From Veleropilina oligotropha (lineage: Eukaryota), in contig JBEUKZ010000011.1 of assembly GCA_048128005.1 (NCBI GenBank), positions 1-64,000 on the forward strand: DNA of 64,000 bases, given 5' to 3'. Below, piece by piece: positions 47,835 to 61,692 of this stretch. Below the pieces are notes generated by a model, which ran no database searches, was not told the origin of the DNA, and saw nothing but the letters and a program-made list of their open reading frames with translations. A program made the position numbers and the translations under genes. The stretch's first letter is position 1. Each line of letters starts with the position of its first letter.

Positions 47835-50358
47835 GCTGCATGTGATGGCTGCTGGGATCACCAGAAGGCAGTGCATATTGGGATGTGATGGATGCTAGGA
47901 TCACCAGAAGGCAGTGTATATTGGGATGTGATGGATGCTAGGACACCAGAAGGCAGTGTATATTGAGATGTGATGGATGCTAGGATCATCAGAAGACAGT
48001 GTATATTGGGATGTGATGGATGCTAGGACACCAGAATGCAGTGCATATTGGGATGTGATGGATGCTAGGATCACCAGAAGACAGTGCATATTGGGATGTG
48101 ATGGATGCTAGGAACACCAGAAGGCAGTGCATATTGAGATGTGATGGATGCTAGGATCACCAGAAGGCAGTGCATATTGAGATGTGATGAATTCTAAGAA
48201 CACCAGAAGGCAGTGCATATTGAGATGTGATGGATGCTAGAAACATCAGAAGGCAGTGCATATTGAGATGGGATGTGATGGATGCTAGGACACCAGAAGG
48301 CAGTGCATATTGGGATGTGATGGATGCTAGGGTCACCAGAAGGCAGTGCATATTGGGATGTGATGGATGCTAGGAACACCAGAAGGCAGTGCATATTGGG
48401 ATGTGATGGATGCTAGGAACACCAGAAGGCAGTGCATATTGGGATGTGATGGATGCTAGGATCACCAGAAGGCAGTGCATATTGAGATGTGATGAATTCT
48501 AAGAACACCAGAAGGCAGTGCATATTGAGATGTGATGGATGCTAGAAACATCAGAAGACAGTGCATATTGAGATGGGATGTGATGGATGCTAGGACACCA
48601 GAAGGCAGTGCATATTGGGATGTGATGGATGCTAGGGTCACCAGAAGGCAGTGCATATTGGGATGTGATGGATGCTAGGATCACCAGAAGGCAGTGCATA
48701 TTGAGATGTGATGGATTCTAAGAACACCAGAAGGCAGTACATATTGAGATGTGATGGATGCTAGAAACATCAGAAGACAGTGCATATTGAGATGGGATGT
48801 GATGGATGCTAGGACACCAGAAGGCAGTGCATATTGGGATGTGATGGATGCTAGGATCACCAGAAGGCAGTGCATATTGGGATCTGATGGATGCTAGGAT
48901 CACCCAGAAGGCAGTGCATATTGGGATGTGGTCGATGCTAGGAACACCAGAAGGCAGTGCATATTGGGATGTGATGGATGCTAGGAACACCAGAAGGCAG
49001 TGCATATTGGGATGTGATGGATGCTAGGATCACCAGAAGGCAGTGCATATTGAGATGTGATGGATTCTAAGAACACCAGAAGGCAGTGCATATTGAGATG
49101 TGATGGATGCTAGAAACATCAGAAGACAGTGCATATTGAGATGGGATGTGATGGATGCTAGGACACCAGAAGGCAGTGCATATTGTGATGTGATGGATGC
49201 TAGGATCACCAGAAGGCAGTGCATATTGGGATGTGATGGATGCTAGGATCACCAGAAGGCAGTGCATATAGAGATGTGATGGATTCTAAGAACACCAGAA
49301 GGCAGTGCATATTGAGATGTGATGGATGCTAGAAACATCAGAAGACAGTGCATATTGAGATGGGATGTGATGGATGCTAGGACACCAGTAGGCAGTGCAT
49401 ATTGGGATGTGATGGATGCTAGGAACACCAGAAGGCAGTGCATATTGAGATGTGATGGATCCTAAGAACACCATAAGGCAGTGCATATTGGGATGTGATG
49501 GATGCTAGGAACACCAGAAGACAATGCATATTGGGATGTGATGCATGCTAGGAACACCAGAAGGCAGTGCATATTGGGATGTGATGGATGCTAGGATCAC
49601 CAGACGGCAGTGCATATTGAGATGTGATGGATGCTAGGAACATCAGAAGGCAGTGCATATTGGGATGTGATGGATGCTAGGATCACCGGAAGGCAGTGCA
49701 TATTGAGATGTGATGTGATGAATGCTAGGACATCAGAAGGCAGTGCATATTGTGATGTGATGGATGCTGCGATCACCAGAAGGCAGTGCATATTGGTATG
49801 TGATGAATGCTAGGAACACCAGAAGACAGTGCATATTGGGATATGATGGATCCTTGGTTCACCAGAAGGCAGTGCATATTGAGATGTGATGGATGCTAGG
49901 ATCACCAGAAGGCAGTGCATATTGGGATGTGATGGATGCCAGGAACACCAGAAGGCCGTGCATATTGAGATGTGATGGATGCTAGGATCACCAGAAGGCA
50001 GTGCATATTGGGATGTGATGGATGCTAGGATCACCAGAAGGCAGTGCGTATTGGGATGTGATGGATGCTAGGATCACCAGAAGGCAGTGCATATTGGGAT
50101 GTGATGGATGCTAGAAACATCAGAAGACAGTGCATATTGGGATGTGATGGATGCTAGGAACACCAGAAGACAGTGCATATTGGGATGTGATGGATGCTAG
50201 AAACATCAGAAGACAGTGCATATTGGGATGTGGTGGATGCTAGTAACACCAGAAGACAGTGCATATTGGGATGTGATGGATGCTACACAGTACATATTAG
50301 GATGTGATGGATGCTAGGGACACTAGAAGGTAGTGCATATTGGGATGTGATGGATGCA
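47835..50358. repeat. 42/43-bp satellite with higher-order structure
   Basis: CACCAGAAGGCAGTGCATATTG(G/A)GATGTGATGGATGCTAGGA(T/A). Confidence 0.96.
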
Positions 50359-51256
50359 ATTCCAAAACTACTGTAACAGTTGTTTTACCAATGATCTTTC
50401 CTGCCTTAGTTAAGTGTCATCAAAAGAACAGGATCATATAGTCACAGTGGACGTGTTAATTCATTATTAGTTAGTTCATTATTCTCTATAACATTACAAT
50501 GTTGAATTTGGTGGCACTGTGAAAATCTACGTTGAACATCCGGCAAAATATTTTTGAGTGGGGATATCAAATTGTGTGATGGGAATTTTCCATTATTATT
50601 ATTATATATATGGCGATAATAGTGGGATCAAAATCCTTGATCATCAGAATATCCTGTTAGCAATCCCAGCAGGATATTGGCAGTCACAGTTACTTTATGA
50701 ACATGCGCTTTTGTTTTAAGACAATTTACCAATTGTTTAGTTAATCTGTACTTTAAAGTCTATATCCGATCACACCAATTTATTTGCTCTTTATATCTGA
50801 GCTTATTAGGACTTCAATTATGTTTACAGGTAGAATATGCCACCTATGAGTCTCTAACTCGTCGCGAAGTTAATCTAACTGCGGCAGAATGAACAGCCAG
50901 TCCAACTGCACTGACCTCGACTCGTTAGGTAGGCGACTGGCGAGACAGAGATGCAATGGTAGCTTATGCTACCTCTACAAATAATGGAAATCACATTATA
51001 ATTAAGTGGAGGTGGGAGCAAAGTCACTGGGAAAACAAACATTGTTAGTACACTATAATGAGTTTTCTCACCTGCCAAATGTTACCATGTATATTCCAAC
51101 ATATGATACTTTAACTGCTCTTGGTTGTACTGAATCATTGATGTAGTTAGAAACATGAAGTTCAATGCTAACACCCACTGTTGTAAACACTGGTGCCAAT
51201 ACTGTAATGTTTATTAAGACCATCCCTTTAACATCTCTATCCAATCAAACTGTGTT

Positions 51257-51737
51257 TGGTTCCAACACACAGTGCGTAGTCTTATCATATACAATCATCC
51301 ATCCAAGCACTGATGAAGCTTAAATGGTTCCAACACAGTGCGTAGTCTTATCATATACAATCATCCATCCAAGCACTGATGAAGCTTAAATGGTTCCAAC
51401 ACACCGTGCGTAGTCTTATCATATACAATCATCCATCCAAGCACTGATGAAGCTTAAATGGTTCCAACACACCGTGCGTAGTCTTATCATATATAATCAT
51501 CCATCCAAGCACTGATGAAGCTTAAATGGTTCCAACACGCCGTGCGTAGTCTTATCATATACAATCATCCATCCAAGCACTGATGAAGCTTAAATGGTTC
51601 CAACACACCGTGCGTAGTCTTATCATATACTGTACAATCATCCATCCAAGCACTGATGAAGCTTAAATGGTTCCAACACACCGTGCGTAGTCTTATCATA
51701 TATACAATAATCCATCCAAGCACTGATGAAGCTTAAA
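51257..51737. repeat. ~68-bp tandem repeat x7
   Basis: TGGTTCCAACACACCGTGCGTAGTCTTATCATATACAATCATCCATCCAAGCACTGATGAAGCTTAAA. Confidence 0.92.
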
Positions 51738-53427
51738 GTTAACTTTCGTGATCTGACCGAAGCTGATGCATTCAACGTTATTTTGTCGATCTCCCATCAA
51801 CCGCCTTGTCAGGCTCCACTGTTTCGATTGGTTCTCAAATTTTCACAGCACTTTTAGGACCTGCCTACATGTGTATTTCACTGTTCCATAAAGCCTTCAA
51901 AGTCATGTGATATCTGGACCAACCATAAAGCCTTCCAAGTCATGTGATATCTAGACCAACCAAACTCCATGTTGCCTTGCTAAATAAAATATTGATTGAT
52001 TGATTGTTGCATATTTCGAAAAAGGTGGCCATATTTATATATACCACCATGTGCCATGTATCATCAAATTACATTATTATTTGGTCAATTTTTTATTGCA
52101 AGAAATCAACTTGTTGTCGAGCATCATAATGGCTTTGTTTTGTTCTTTGGTGCCTATTTATAATGCCCTTGTAAATCATCTATGGTCATACATGTATTGA
52201 GATATTATCGTGAGCTTATGCCAAGATTATTCAGGGAAACCAATTACTCTGTCTAATTATCAACTACTGTGACTGTGACAGTGTTATCTCTACAAAGTGC
52301 CGTGACGAAAATTCCAACCCACTCTTGCGAATCGGAGCAGGCAGGAGAGTGAATTAAGAGCCATGCTCATATCTACGCAACGACTGGAAGGCTGCAACGT
52401 AGACCATGTATGTAGCAATGAATACCATACACAAACGTTAACAAGCAGGCACTGTAGCACCAAGACCTGGGTGTAGGGTGGCAAGAGCAAGACAACATGA
52501 TGTAATACAATGTCTAGTTTATTTCCAAAATGAATTATGAAGATATGAAATTGAAAATGGTGACATGATGAAAACTATAAAGATTAAAGTTGCCTCACTT
52601 CTTGCAAGGCCTACTTCTATTATTACAACACAAAATAATACAACACGAAACATTTATATAAATTAGCCCTTTCAAGTAGATACATTTTGAAATTACCAAT
52701 GAATTTCATGGATAATAAAATGAAGAACTACTGTGTTGTCGATCAAAGTCACAAAATACACATTGCAGCTGAAGTCTCATTGGAATAGGGTGAACACAGA
52801 AGCATGAAAACGAGAAAACAAAACGTAATTGACGAACTCTTCTATGAATAAATAATCATCCACGTTGGTCATTGTACTCCACCAATTATAAGTAAAATGT
52901 TTGTACTCTCTGGTATTGTAGAATGATCAAGTACTGCATAAATATGTATTCCTATAATACATTGTATCCATTTTACATTTGCAGAATCGTTATTAACCGT
53001 AATTATTTCTTTCATTTAAATGGGATTTTGTTTGCAGTCAGCGTAAGTTATGATAACTCCTTTATCCACGTTAATTTATAGACAAGTTTCCTAGCATTTC
53101 CACAATATACATGTCAAAAAAAATAACAGTCCTTTCTTAATATTGTTTTGTACCGTCATATGTTGAGATTCACAAGGTGTATAAATTATTTTAAAGTTCT
53201 CGCTTTGATTTTTGTACTGAAAAAATAACATTGCACACTATTAAAAAGCAATTATTATCAGAACTTGCATAATACGGACCGAGTAGCTCTACCATCCAAA
53301 GAGGCAGATTTTGTAAATGTATATATATTCTAATTCTAACGTTTAAAGGGCATTACTGTAATACAACCAGCAAGTACAGACCAACGAAGATATTACAGTA
53401 CAACATTCGTTCGCTCCAATGATGCAA

Positions 53428-53597
53428 CATCATGCAGCTCATAGAGACATCATGCAGCTCAGAGAGACATCATGCAGCTCAGAGAGACATCATGCAGCTC
53501 AGAGAGACATCATGCAGCTCAGAGAGACATCATGCAGCTCAGAGAGACATCATGCAGCTCAGAGAGACATCATGCAGCTCAGAGAGACATCATGCAG
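53428..53597. repeat. 20-bp tandem repeat x8
   Basis: CATCATGCAGCTCAGAGAGA. Confidence 0.92.
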
Positions 53598-55484
53598 GTA
53601 CACAAAAGGAATTAAAAAAGCTTAAATCAATACAAATATATACAAAAAGTAAAACAATACAAATGTAAAAGATGGTTTAAAATATATAAAACAACACAGG
53701 TCGATGTAATAGCACTCGTCATCACTACAGTATCACTGCTCACCTTGTACTCAAGCATCAACTCCACAAAACAAAACAAAATACATGTTCTTTCATATAT
53801 GCATATGCACATTCATACCGTTACAAACTCGCAAAACACACAAACATATACAAGGCTTAGGGATGCCACGTAAAACACACAAACATATACATACAAGGCT
53901 TAGGGATGCCACGTAAAACGTATTGTGCAAAAAAACTTGCTATAGACTATGCAAATCATGCAGAGGTGCTTCATTGATTTCCATTTGAATCACTTTTGTT
54001 TTGCAACAACATTTTAGCAATTTTTCAGTCATATGCATTATTGAAATACTGTTTTATCGAAATTATACCAATTATGTATGCAGTAATACTGAATTACAAT
54101 AAAGTATAGACTGTAATATATATTAATGAAAGTAATGAATGACAGTCAAGCAATTTAAGAAAGAACTAAATTTATACTTTCCACACAATCATTTATAGGC
54201 AAGAGATTAGGAGATGAGCATTTAATCACACAACGAAAGCAGCACGCGCAGCAAAAACTTTATAGATAATATTCACATCTACACAACACAAAATGACTGT
54301 ATGGTGAAGATGAAAACGAAAAATCCACTCCACGACTAGTAAGCAGATTACAGCGGATCGCCCATCATCGATAGGTCACAAAATTAAAGTCAACTACAGT
54401 ACAATAATCGACATTTTTGATACAGACAAGATTTTCATGGTCTTTTTGTGACCTATGGTCAAGGGATTTCATCTGATGTGGGGCTGATCGTAACATGTTT
54501 CACACACATGCTACATACAATGCCTTCAGTGTAAGTTACCTGGTGTCAACGCAACTAATATTTAAATAGCAAGCGATATATACATATATATATGCATGAC
54601 TGTCAGTAGTGCGTGGATGCACAGATTCGGACAATGAAGGTTGCATACGGTCAATATATAAACATCTAGTCCACAAGTCATTGAATATTACAGTGTGGTA
54701 AGGATTATCAAACCCGAACAACACTCATTGATTTGGATTATAATCTTCAAATAATACATAAACAGCGACATATTTTGCGACATCAATATGCCACCAAGAC
54801 TAACGCCCTAATAAATAATTCTACAAATACTTACTACAAATTAAAGAGTACAAATGCACATAATACTCGACTGTAAAGTGTAATGCAACACAACCAGTAT
54901 GTAACATTACTCAATTTATTGCAAACATGGTAATGTTACTGTCACAACATAGTGTGAGTATAGAACATAAATACTATCCAAATCAAATGACGACTTAACA
55001 CTACTGCCTACATATTATATGCAAAACAAGTAAATAATGATCCTGTTGATATTAAACAAATGAAAATGATTTACTGGGTTAAAGACTAGAGTGGCAACGA
55101 ATGCGAAAAATTGTATTTATACCTGAAGGCTAAAAGTATGGAATTGGTGCTAAATAATGTCACATGAGCATGCACAGTGATGGATTATTTCTTTCTTTTT
55201 TAACTGAACGGTACTAATGACAGCTCATATGTCTAAAGCATATACATATACAATAGCATATACATATACAATATTATAATAGCAAATTCAACTTACTTTA
55301 AAACGGACGCTTATGATGCCATGGCTTTGATCAATGCTTTAATAGTGATCCCCCGGGAAATGCCCCAACAAGTTATGGACAACTGTGACTTTTAAACGAA
55401 CCAAGTCTTACCCACTGATGTTTCCCATAGCAGTCAAACGAGTGAATTGGGAGCCGCGGTCGTATCCATTACATCACCGTAGCA

Positions 55485-55692
55485 ATATTGTCCTTATAGA
55501 GTATATACTCAACACCAAACATCCCATATTGTCCTTATAGAGTATATACTCAACACGAAACATCCCATATTGTCCTTATAGAGTATATACTCAACACGAA
55601 ACATCCCATATTGTCCTTATAGAGTATATACTCAACACGAAACATCCCATATTGTCCTTATAGAGTATATGCTCAATACGAAACATCCCATA
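55485..55692. repeat. 41-bp tandem repeat x5
   Basis: ATATTGTCCTTATAGAGTATATACTCAACACGAAACATCCC. Confidence 0.92.
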
Positions 55693-56506
55693 CTACAAGT
55701 TAACAAGATTTTTAATTTAATTCCATACTATTAGACCTTTGATTCAATAAAAATGGTACTGTTAGGACAGAACCTTTCAAAGTACATATATAAATTACAA
55801 TAAAGCCGTGATTACATAAGAAACGATCTATATCATGGCAATATGAGTTACAAAAGAATGTTAAAATAAATGAATGAGATTTATATACAAATTTTATCAT
55901 TACAAATCAATAAATGAGTTAACGATGTCGGACGATTCGCTTCAGTCAATTATTCTGCACTTGTTAATCTCTTTCTCCCCTACCTCATGTCATTTCTAAA
56001 AATTGCCAATTTGCCATCAAGCATTTAAATCTAAGGCAAGTCACATTCCCAGTACAAATAATTATGGGAGAATTAACAGAAATTTGATCCATACACATTT
56101 ATAGAATATGAAGATTATAATACTTTTCAGACAGGTACCAAAAGATTTTTTCTCCGAAAATGTTTGGCGGTGAATAGTCTTTGAAACTGGCTGCGAATTG
56201 GCTTGGTGGCGAATCGTCCCTCACCCGAACGTACCAAATACAAAATATTTCTATTATATCTATGCTAAATCTTACATGCAAATAATTTCTGGAACACGGA
56301 GCTCACAACTGGGACAAGGAATGTAAAAATACATATTCATAAAATCACTGCAATTGTAAACTTAATATATTTCTAAAAACGAAACCCTGAATATGACCAA
56401 ATTATATATGTATTATGTATCCCACAGCTGCTGCTAGTGCTGGGTATCAGTATTCTGGCTTTGCTTAACACGAACTACTTAAGCAGGAAAAAAGAGCCCT
56501 CCATGA

Positions 56507-57050
56507 GGGAGAAATGATGCTTAATATCCTGTATATTTACAACATCGAGGTTCAAGGCAGGACATGTCCGTGTTATCGCGGGAGGAAACCCGAGTCGCCC
56601 GGGTAAACCCACCCTCTTCGTCCAGTCGCGGACAACTGTGATTCATAATTTGAACAAATGTCAATGCCTCAGCCAGGAATTGAACCCACTACTGTTCGCA
56701 TTAGCGGAATCAAGCCAGTGAATTTTGAGTGGACACTCTTACCCACTGCGCTGCCGAAGCGGCCAGCCCTCCATGATTATTACAGGGAGGAGGAGGAGGA
56801 ATTATGCTTAATGTCCTGTATATTTATAACATCGAGGTTCAAGGCAGGACATGTCCGTGTTATCGCGGGAGGAAACCCCGGTTGCCCGGGTAAACCCGCC
56901 CTCTTCGGCCAGTCACGGACAACTGTGCTTCATAACTTGAACAAATGTGTGCTGCCTCAGCCGGGGGTCGATCCCACTACTGTTCGCGTCAGCGGAAACA
57001 AGCCAGTGAATTTCGAGTGGACACTCTACCCACTGCGCTACCGAAGCGGT
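56507..57050 (-). mobile_element. Two adjacent full-length SINEs (56507-56764 and 56786-57050)
   Basis: Reverse complements of the 42962-type and 23757-type copies; TSDs AGCCCTCCATGA and TTATTACAG. Confidence 0.85.
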
Positions 57051-58987
57051 TATTACAGTAAGGGTTGTATTTAATACCTTTTTTAATAAAAGTCTAATCA
57101 CGGCAGTCTTAGATTCAACAGTGATCTGGGCATTTTGTAAGACTACAGTGAGTATGCCTATGGCAAAAACACGAGAGAGCTGGCTTGGACAAAGTATAGC
57201 AAGGTAATCACATTGCTTATGGCAGAAAACTTTTCCAGGTAATTTGCAAATAAGAATCGTACTTGTGCCTTGTGATACTTTCCAGTTTCTAAATTTATAT
57301 TTATAAAATAGTGGATATATTATAACATTGACATGGACTATAACTAGAGAAAGCACCGAACAGGGTATTTATGCTGTGGTTAACGTTACTTGTTTCAAAA
57401 GAATAGAAACATTCGCTAATGAATTTCAAAAGCACTGGACATGTGCAGGGACACCAACAAGGAACTGAATATATGATTATTACATTAATATAGCCTGGAA
57501 CACAATTACATTAAGGCTTCAGGTACCTTTCACATGCCATGATAAATGTCCCGGCCAAAACCAAAAGCACAGAAGCAGAAATACAGCAACTGTCAGCAAT
57601 GCAATATTTATTGTATATAGTACTTTACAGAGAAGACATTAAAATGTCGACCAGCATTAAAGGATATGTGAACTAATAATCATAATTTCGAGGCACACCT
57701 CTGGGTTTGAACCATCAACCCTTGGCTTCGTAGACCATTCGGCCATGTCGTCCCCGACACACCATGGACCAAACAATAGCAGCGTAAATAAATCAAGTGC
57801 ATGACACCATTGTTATCAGCAGTACACCTGTCTCTAGTCTGTTCTAACCTCATGAGTTAGACAGCAGACACCCATATAGTGGCTGAGAGGCTATTACCCG
57901 ATTTTGCGCATAAAGCAGATGCTATCAGGACAAGATGCAATCTAGATCGGCACTGTACAACATTAAAATAGATTAGTTCACCAATAATTCTCTATTAAAA
58001 ACTAAATCTACAAATAGAAGCACATGTTATAAGCCACTATGCTAAGTAAGAATTAGGGGTTAGCGCAGAGTTAACGCAAACAAAATAAATAAATTAGAAA
58101 CAAGCTACCATGCAGGTTAATCAAATGTGCAACAGATCAGACAGTCAGAACTAGGAGGGTTATGTCACGATGCGCAAAGCATGAGGTAGAGGGTGGAGGT
58201 AGCATACCTGCAGAAATCCATACTCACGAACGGCGAATTGCCAAACTAATTTTACTAAATTTGCACAAAAGATTTTCGAAAGTGAGCAAGATCACGAATT
58301 TGTCCTAGTGCAATTATCTTAATAAATATTGTCATCTGATGTTTGAGTTGACAGAAAGACTACCACAAAGTAAGTAAAAGTTTTATCTTTTAAATTTACG
58401 CTGCTGTCCTGTCGGATAAGCGAAGCCAGAATGCCAACGTATTTAATTTTCTGTCACTATTAAATAATTATATATTAAAGTGTGTGCCTTTTTCAATTCC
58501 CTGCAAATTAATTAAAAGTTGCTACATTCAAATATTCCAATACATGGAATGTTACGATGCCATTATACAACAATGTAGTAAAAAATCAAAGATACAAGAA
58601 CATTGTATTATGCTAAATTAGCAAAATAACAGGTACGCATTATATTGCAAGGAAGATGGTAACACAGTAGGACAAAATGTGTCAATATCAATTAATGTGC
58701 CTAAAAATTACTGCAAAACGAAGAGAGTCTCGCAATAATAAAAGGTGTTACAAAACAAATGAGTTTGTATAAATTGTTCATTAGTTCTGAAGAACTTTAT
58801 TTAATTATTAAATTATTAATATTTTATAATTATAATAAACATTTAAAAAGACATACTGGTCAATTTCCAAACATTTCTGATTTGAATTGAATTAATCGAA
58901 ATTTGAAAACATTATCTAGTGAACGTCGACTTCAGATTTGCACAAGAAATTACAGAATGGAAATTATCTAACAAGATGGAGATTGCA

Positions 58988-59103
58988 TTATTGGGAGTAA
59001 TCAATGGCATATAGCGTTGTGAGTGCGAGGGCTCCCATCAATGTACAAGTGCTGTCTTTCAGGAAAGAGGGGGCGCTACCGGTCGATCCTCCGACACCGG
59101 GAA
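58988..59103 (-). CDS. Candidate alternative terminal exon of the NCAM-like gene encoding a GPI-anchor signal
   Basis: Strong acceptor TTTGTTCTTTTCAG in phase 1, as for the TM exon; encodes (V)PGVGGSTGSAPSFLKDSTCTLMGALALTTLYAIDYSQ*. Confidence 0.55.
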
Positions 59104-59629
59104 CTGAAAAGAACAAATAAATCAACTGGTCAACAACGAGCGGCCAAGAAAACACGAGTAAACAAAGCGAGGGTGAGTGAGCGAATAATGAAATGAGAAC
59201 AATGAAATGAGGAGGCGTAGACATGACAATAACAGAGCGAGACACAGGTACCACAATGATCCACGCACTGGACCCCCCAATACATGAGGTATGACAGTAA
59301 CAGAGCGAGACACAGGTACCACAATGATCCACGCACTGGACCCCCCAATACATGAGGTATGACAGTAACTGAGTGAAACACAGGCACCGCAATGCTCCAC
59401 ACACTCCATACTGTGTAAAAATAATGAATACTGTAGCAGAACAGTGACGGGCGCAATAATGCCCACATAAATCTTATACCCAGTGATCAACCTACGGAGG
59501 CCCCCTCCCACTCCTCCCAAATACTAAGTGGTACATGCACTAGTTTACACATTTTATTGCTGATGGTATTGCTAAGAAAGTGGGTAGAAAGTTGTACAAC
59601 AAAACTTCTGCCACATTCCTCCCCCCTAC

Positions 59630-61692
59630 TTCCCATACATGAAGGTGATCGCCTTCCTCATTCATTCATACCTGATGACAACCCACCAATACATGAGGGT
59701 GATGCACTCATCTCATACATGACAGCGACCCCGCATAAATGATGGTGATGCCCTCATCTCATATATAGTCATGACCCCTAATACATGAGGGTGATGCCCT
59801 CATTCAATACATGACAGTGACCCCCTCACATATGACAGCGACCCCTCCGTCATACATGACAGTGACCCCTCATACATGACAGTGACCCCTCCATCATACA
59901 TGACAGTGACCCCTCATACATGACAGCGACCCCTCCGTCATACATGACAGTGACCCCTCATACATGACAGCGACCCCTCCGTCATACATGACAGCGACCC
60001 CTCCGTCATACATGACAGCGACCCCTCCGTCATACATGACAGCGACCCCTCCGTCATACATGCCAGTGACCCCTCATACATGAGTGACCCCTCCATCATA
60101 CATGACAGTGACCCCTCATGCATGACAGCGACCCCCCCCCCCGGTCATACATGACAGCGACCCCTCCATCATACATGACCGTGACCCCTCATACATGACA
60201 GCGACCCTTCATACATGACAGCAACCCCTCCATCATACATGACAGCGACCCCTCCATCATACATGACAGTGACCCCTCATACATGACAGTGACCCTTCAT
60301 ACATGACAGCAACCCCTCCGTCATACATGACAGCGACCCCTCCGTCATACATGACAGCGACCCCTCCGTCATACATGACAGCGACCCCTCATACATGACA
60401 GCGACCCTTCCATCATACATGACAGTGACCCCTCCATCATACATGACAGTGACCCCTCATACATGACAGTGACCCCTCATACATCACAGTGACCCCTCAT
60501 ACATGACAGCGATCCCTCCATCATACATGACAGTGACCCCTCATAAATGAGGGCGATCTCCTTCCTCCCATTCAGTCATACATGACAGTGACCCTCATAC
60601 ATGACAGCGACCCCTCTGTCATACATGACAGCGACCACTCTGTCATACATGACAGCGACCCCTCATACATGACAGCGACCCCTCCATCATACATGACAGT
60701 GACCCCTCATACATGACAGCGACCCCTCCATCATACATGACAGCGACCCCTCATACATGACCGCGACCCCTCCATCATACATGACAGAGACCCCTCATAA
60801 ATGAGGGTGATCTCCTTCCTCCCATTCATATCAGTCATACATGATAGTGACATCCCAGACATGACAGTGATCATCCATCTCCTTCCTCCCACTCATCCAT
60901 ACATGATATGAAACCCCCTCCAATACATGAGGGCGATTCCCTCATTCCATATATGAGTAACCATATATGTGCCGTCGTGGCTCAGTGGGTTGTTCACAGG
61001 ACTCTGGTTGCAGAGTCTCACGTTCGCCCCCAAAGCTCGGCGATTTCACTTGGGCAAGGAAATAAGCACATATTTGCCTCGGTTCACCCAGCCGACATAA
61101 ATGGGTACCTGGTCGGTGTGATAATTAGTCGTAGCGCCGTCACTGGCAGCTTGACTGTAATGCTCTCAGAGAGAGTTGAGATGGGTTCTAGATGAGAACA
61201 GGCCGAAAAACCAGGGGTAATTATGTGATAGCGCTGTGAGCGTGCGTACCTGGGCGGATACGGCGCAATATAAATGTCCATTATTATTATTATTATATAT
61301 GACAGTGACCCCCATATATGATGGTGACCCCCATATATGATGGCGACCCACCGTGTATGACAGTGACCCACCGTGTATGACTGTGACCCACTGTGTATGA
61401 CAGTGACCCACCGTGTACGACAGTGACCCACAGTGTATGACAGTGACCCACTGTGTATGACAGTGACCCACCGTGTATGACTGTGACCCACTGTGTATGA
61501 CAGTGACCCACCGTGTATGACAGTGACCCACCGTGTATGACTGTGACCCACTGTGTATGACAGTGACCCACCGTGTATGACAGTGACCCACCGTGTATGA
61601 CTGTGACCCACTGTGTATGACAGTGACCCACCGTGTACGACAGTGACCCACAGTGTATGACAGTGACCCACAGTGTATGACAGTGACCCACA
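59630..61692. repeat. 20/24-bp minisatellite field (ATGACAG(C/T)GACCC)
   Basis: CATACATGACAGCGACCCCT(CCGT) up to ~60870 and CAGTGACCCACCGTGTATGA at 61330-61690. Confidence 0.93.
60968..61295 (+). mobile_element. Second tRNA-derived SINE family with L2-like tail; related 3' end inverted at 63787-64000
   Basis: A-box GTGGCTCAGTGGG, central CACCCAGC..AAATGGGTACC block, AGCGCTGTGAG..TATAAATGTCC(ATT)n tail. Confidence 0.7.

Noticed and set aside
47901..50034. Family of ~64-aa ORFs
   Set aside because: Artefacts of the 43-bp satellite.
50875..50936. Further alternative terminal exon of the NCAM-like gene (VAYLTSRGQCSWTGCSFCRS*)
   Set aside because: Plausible phase-1 acceptor but no recognisable motif; cannot be supported without RNA data.
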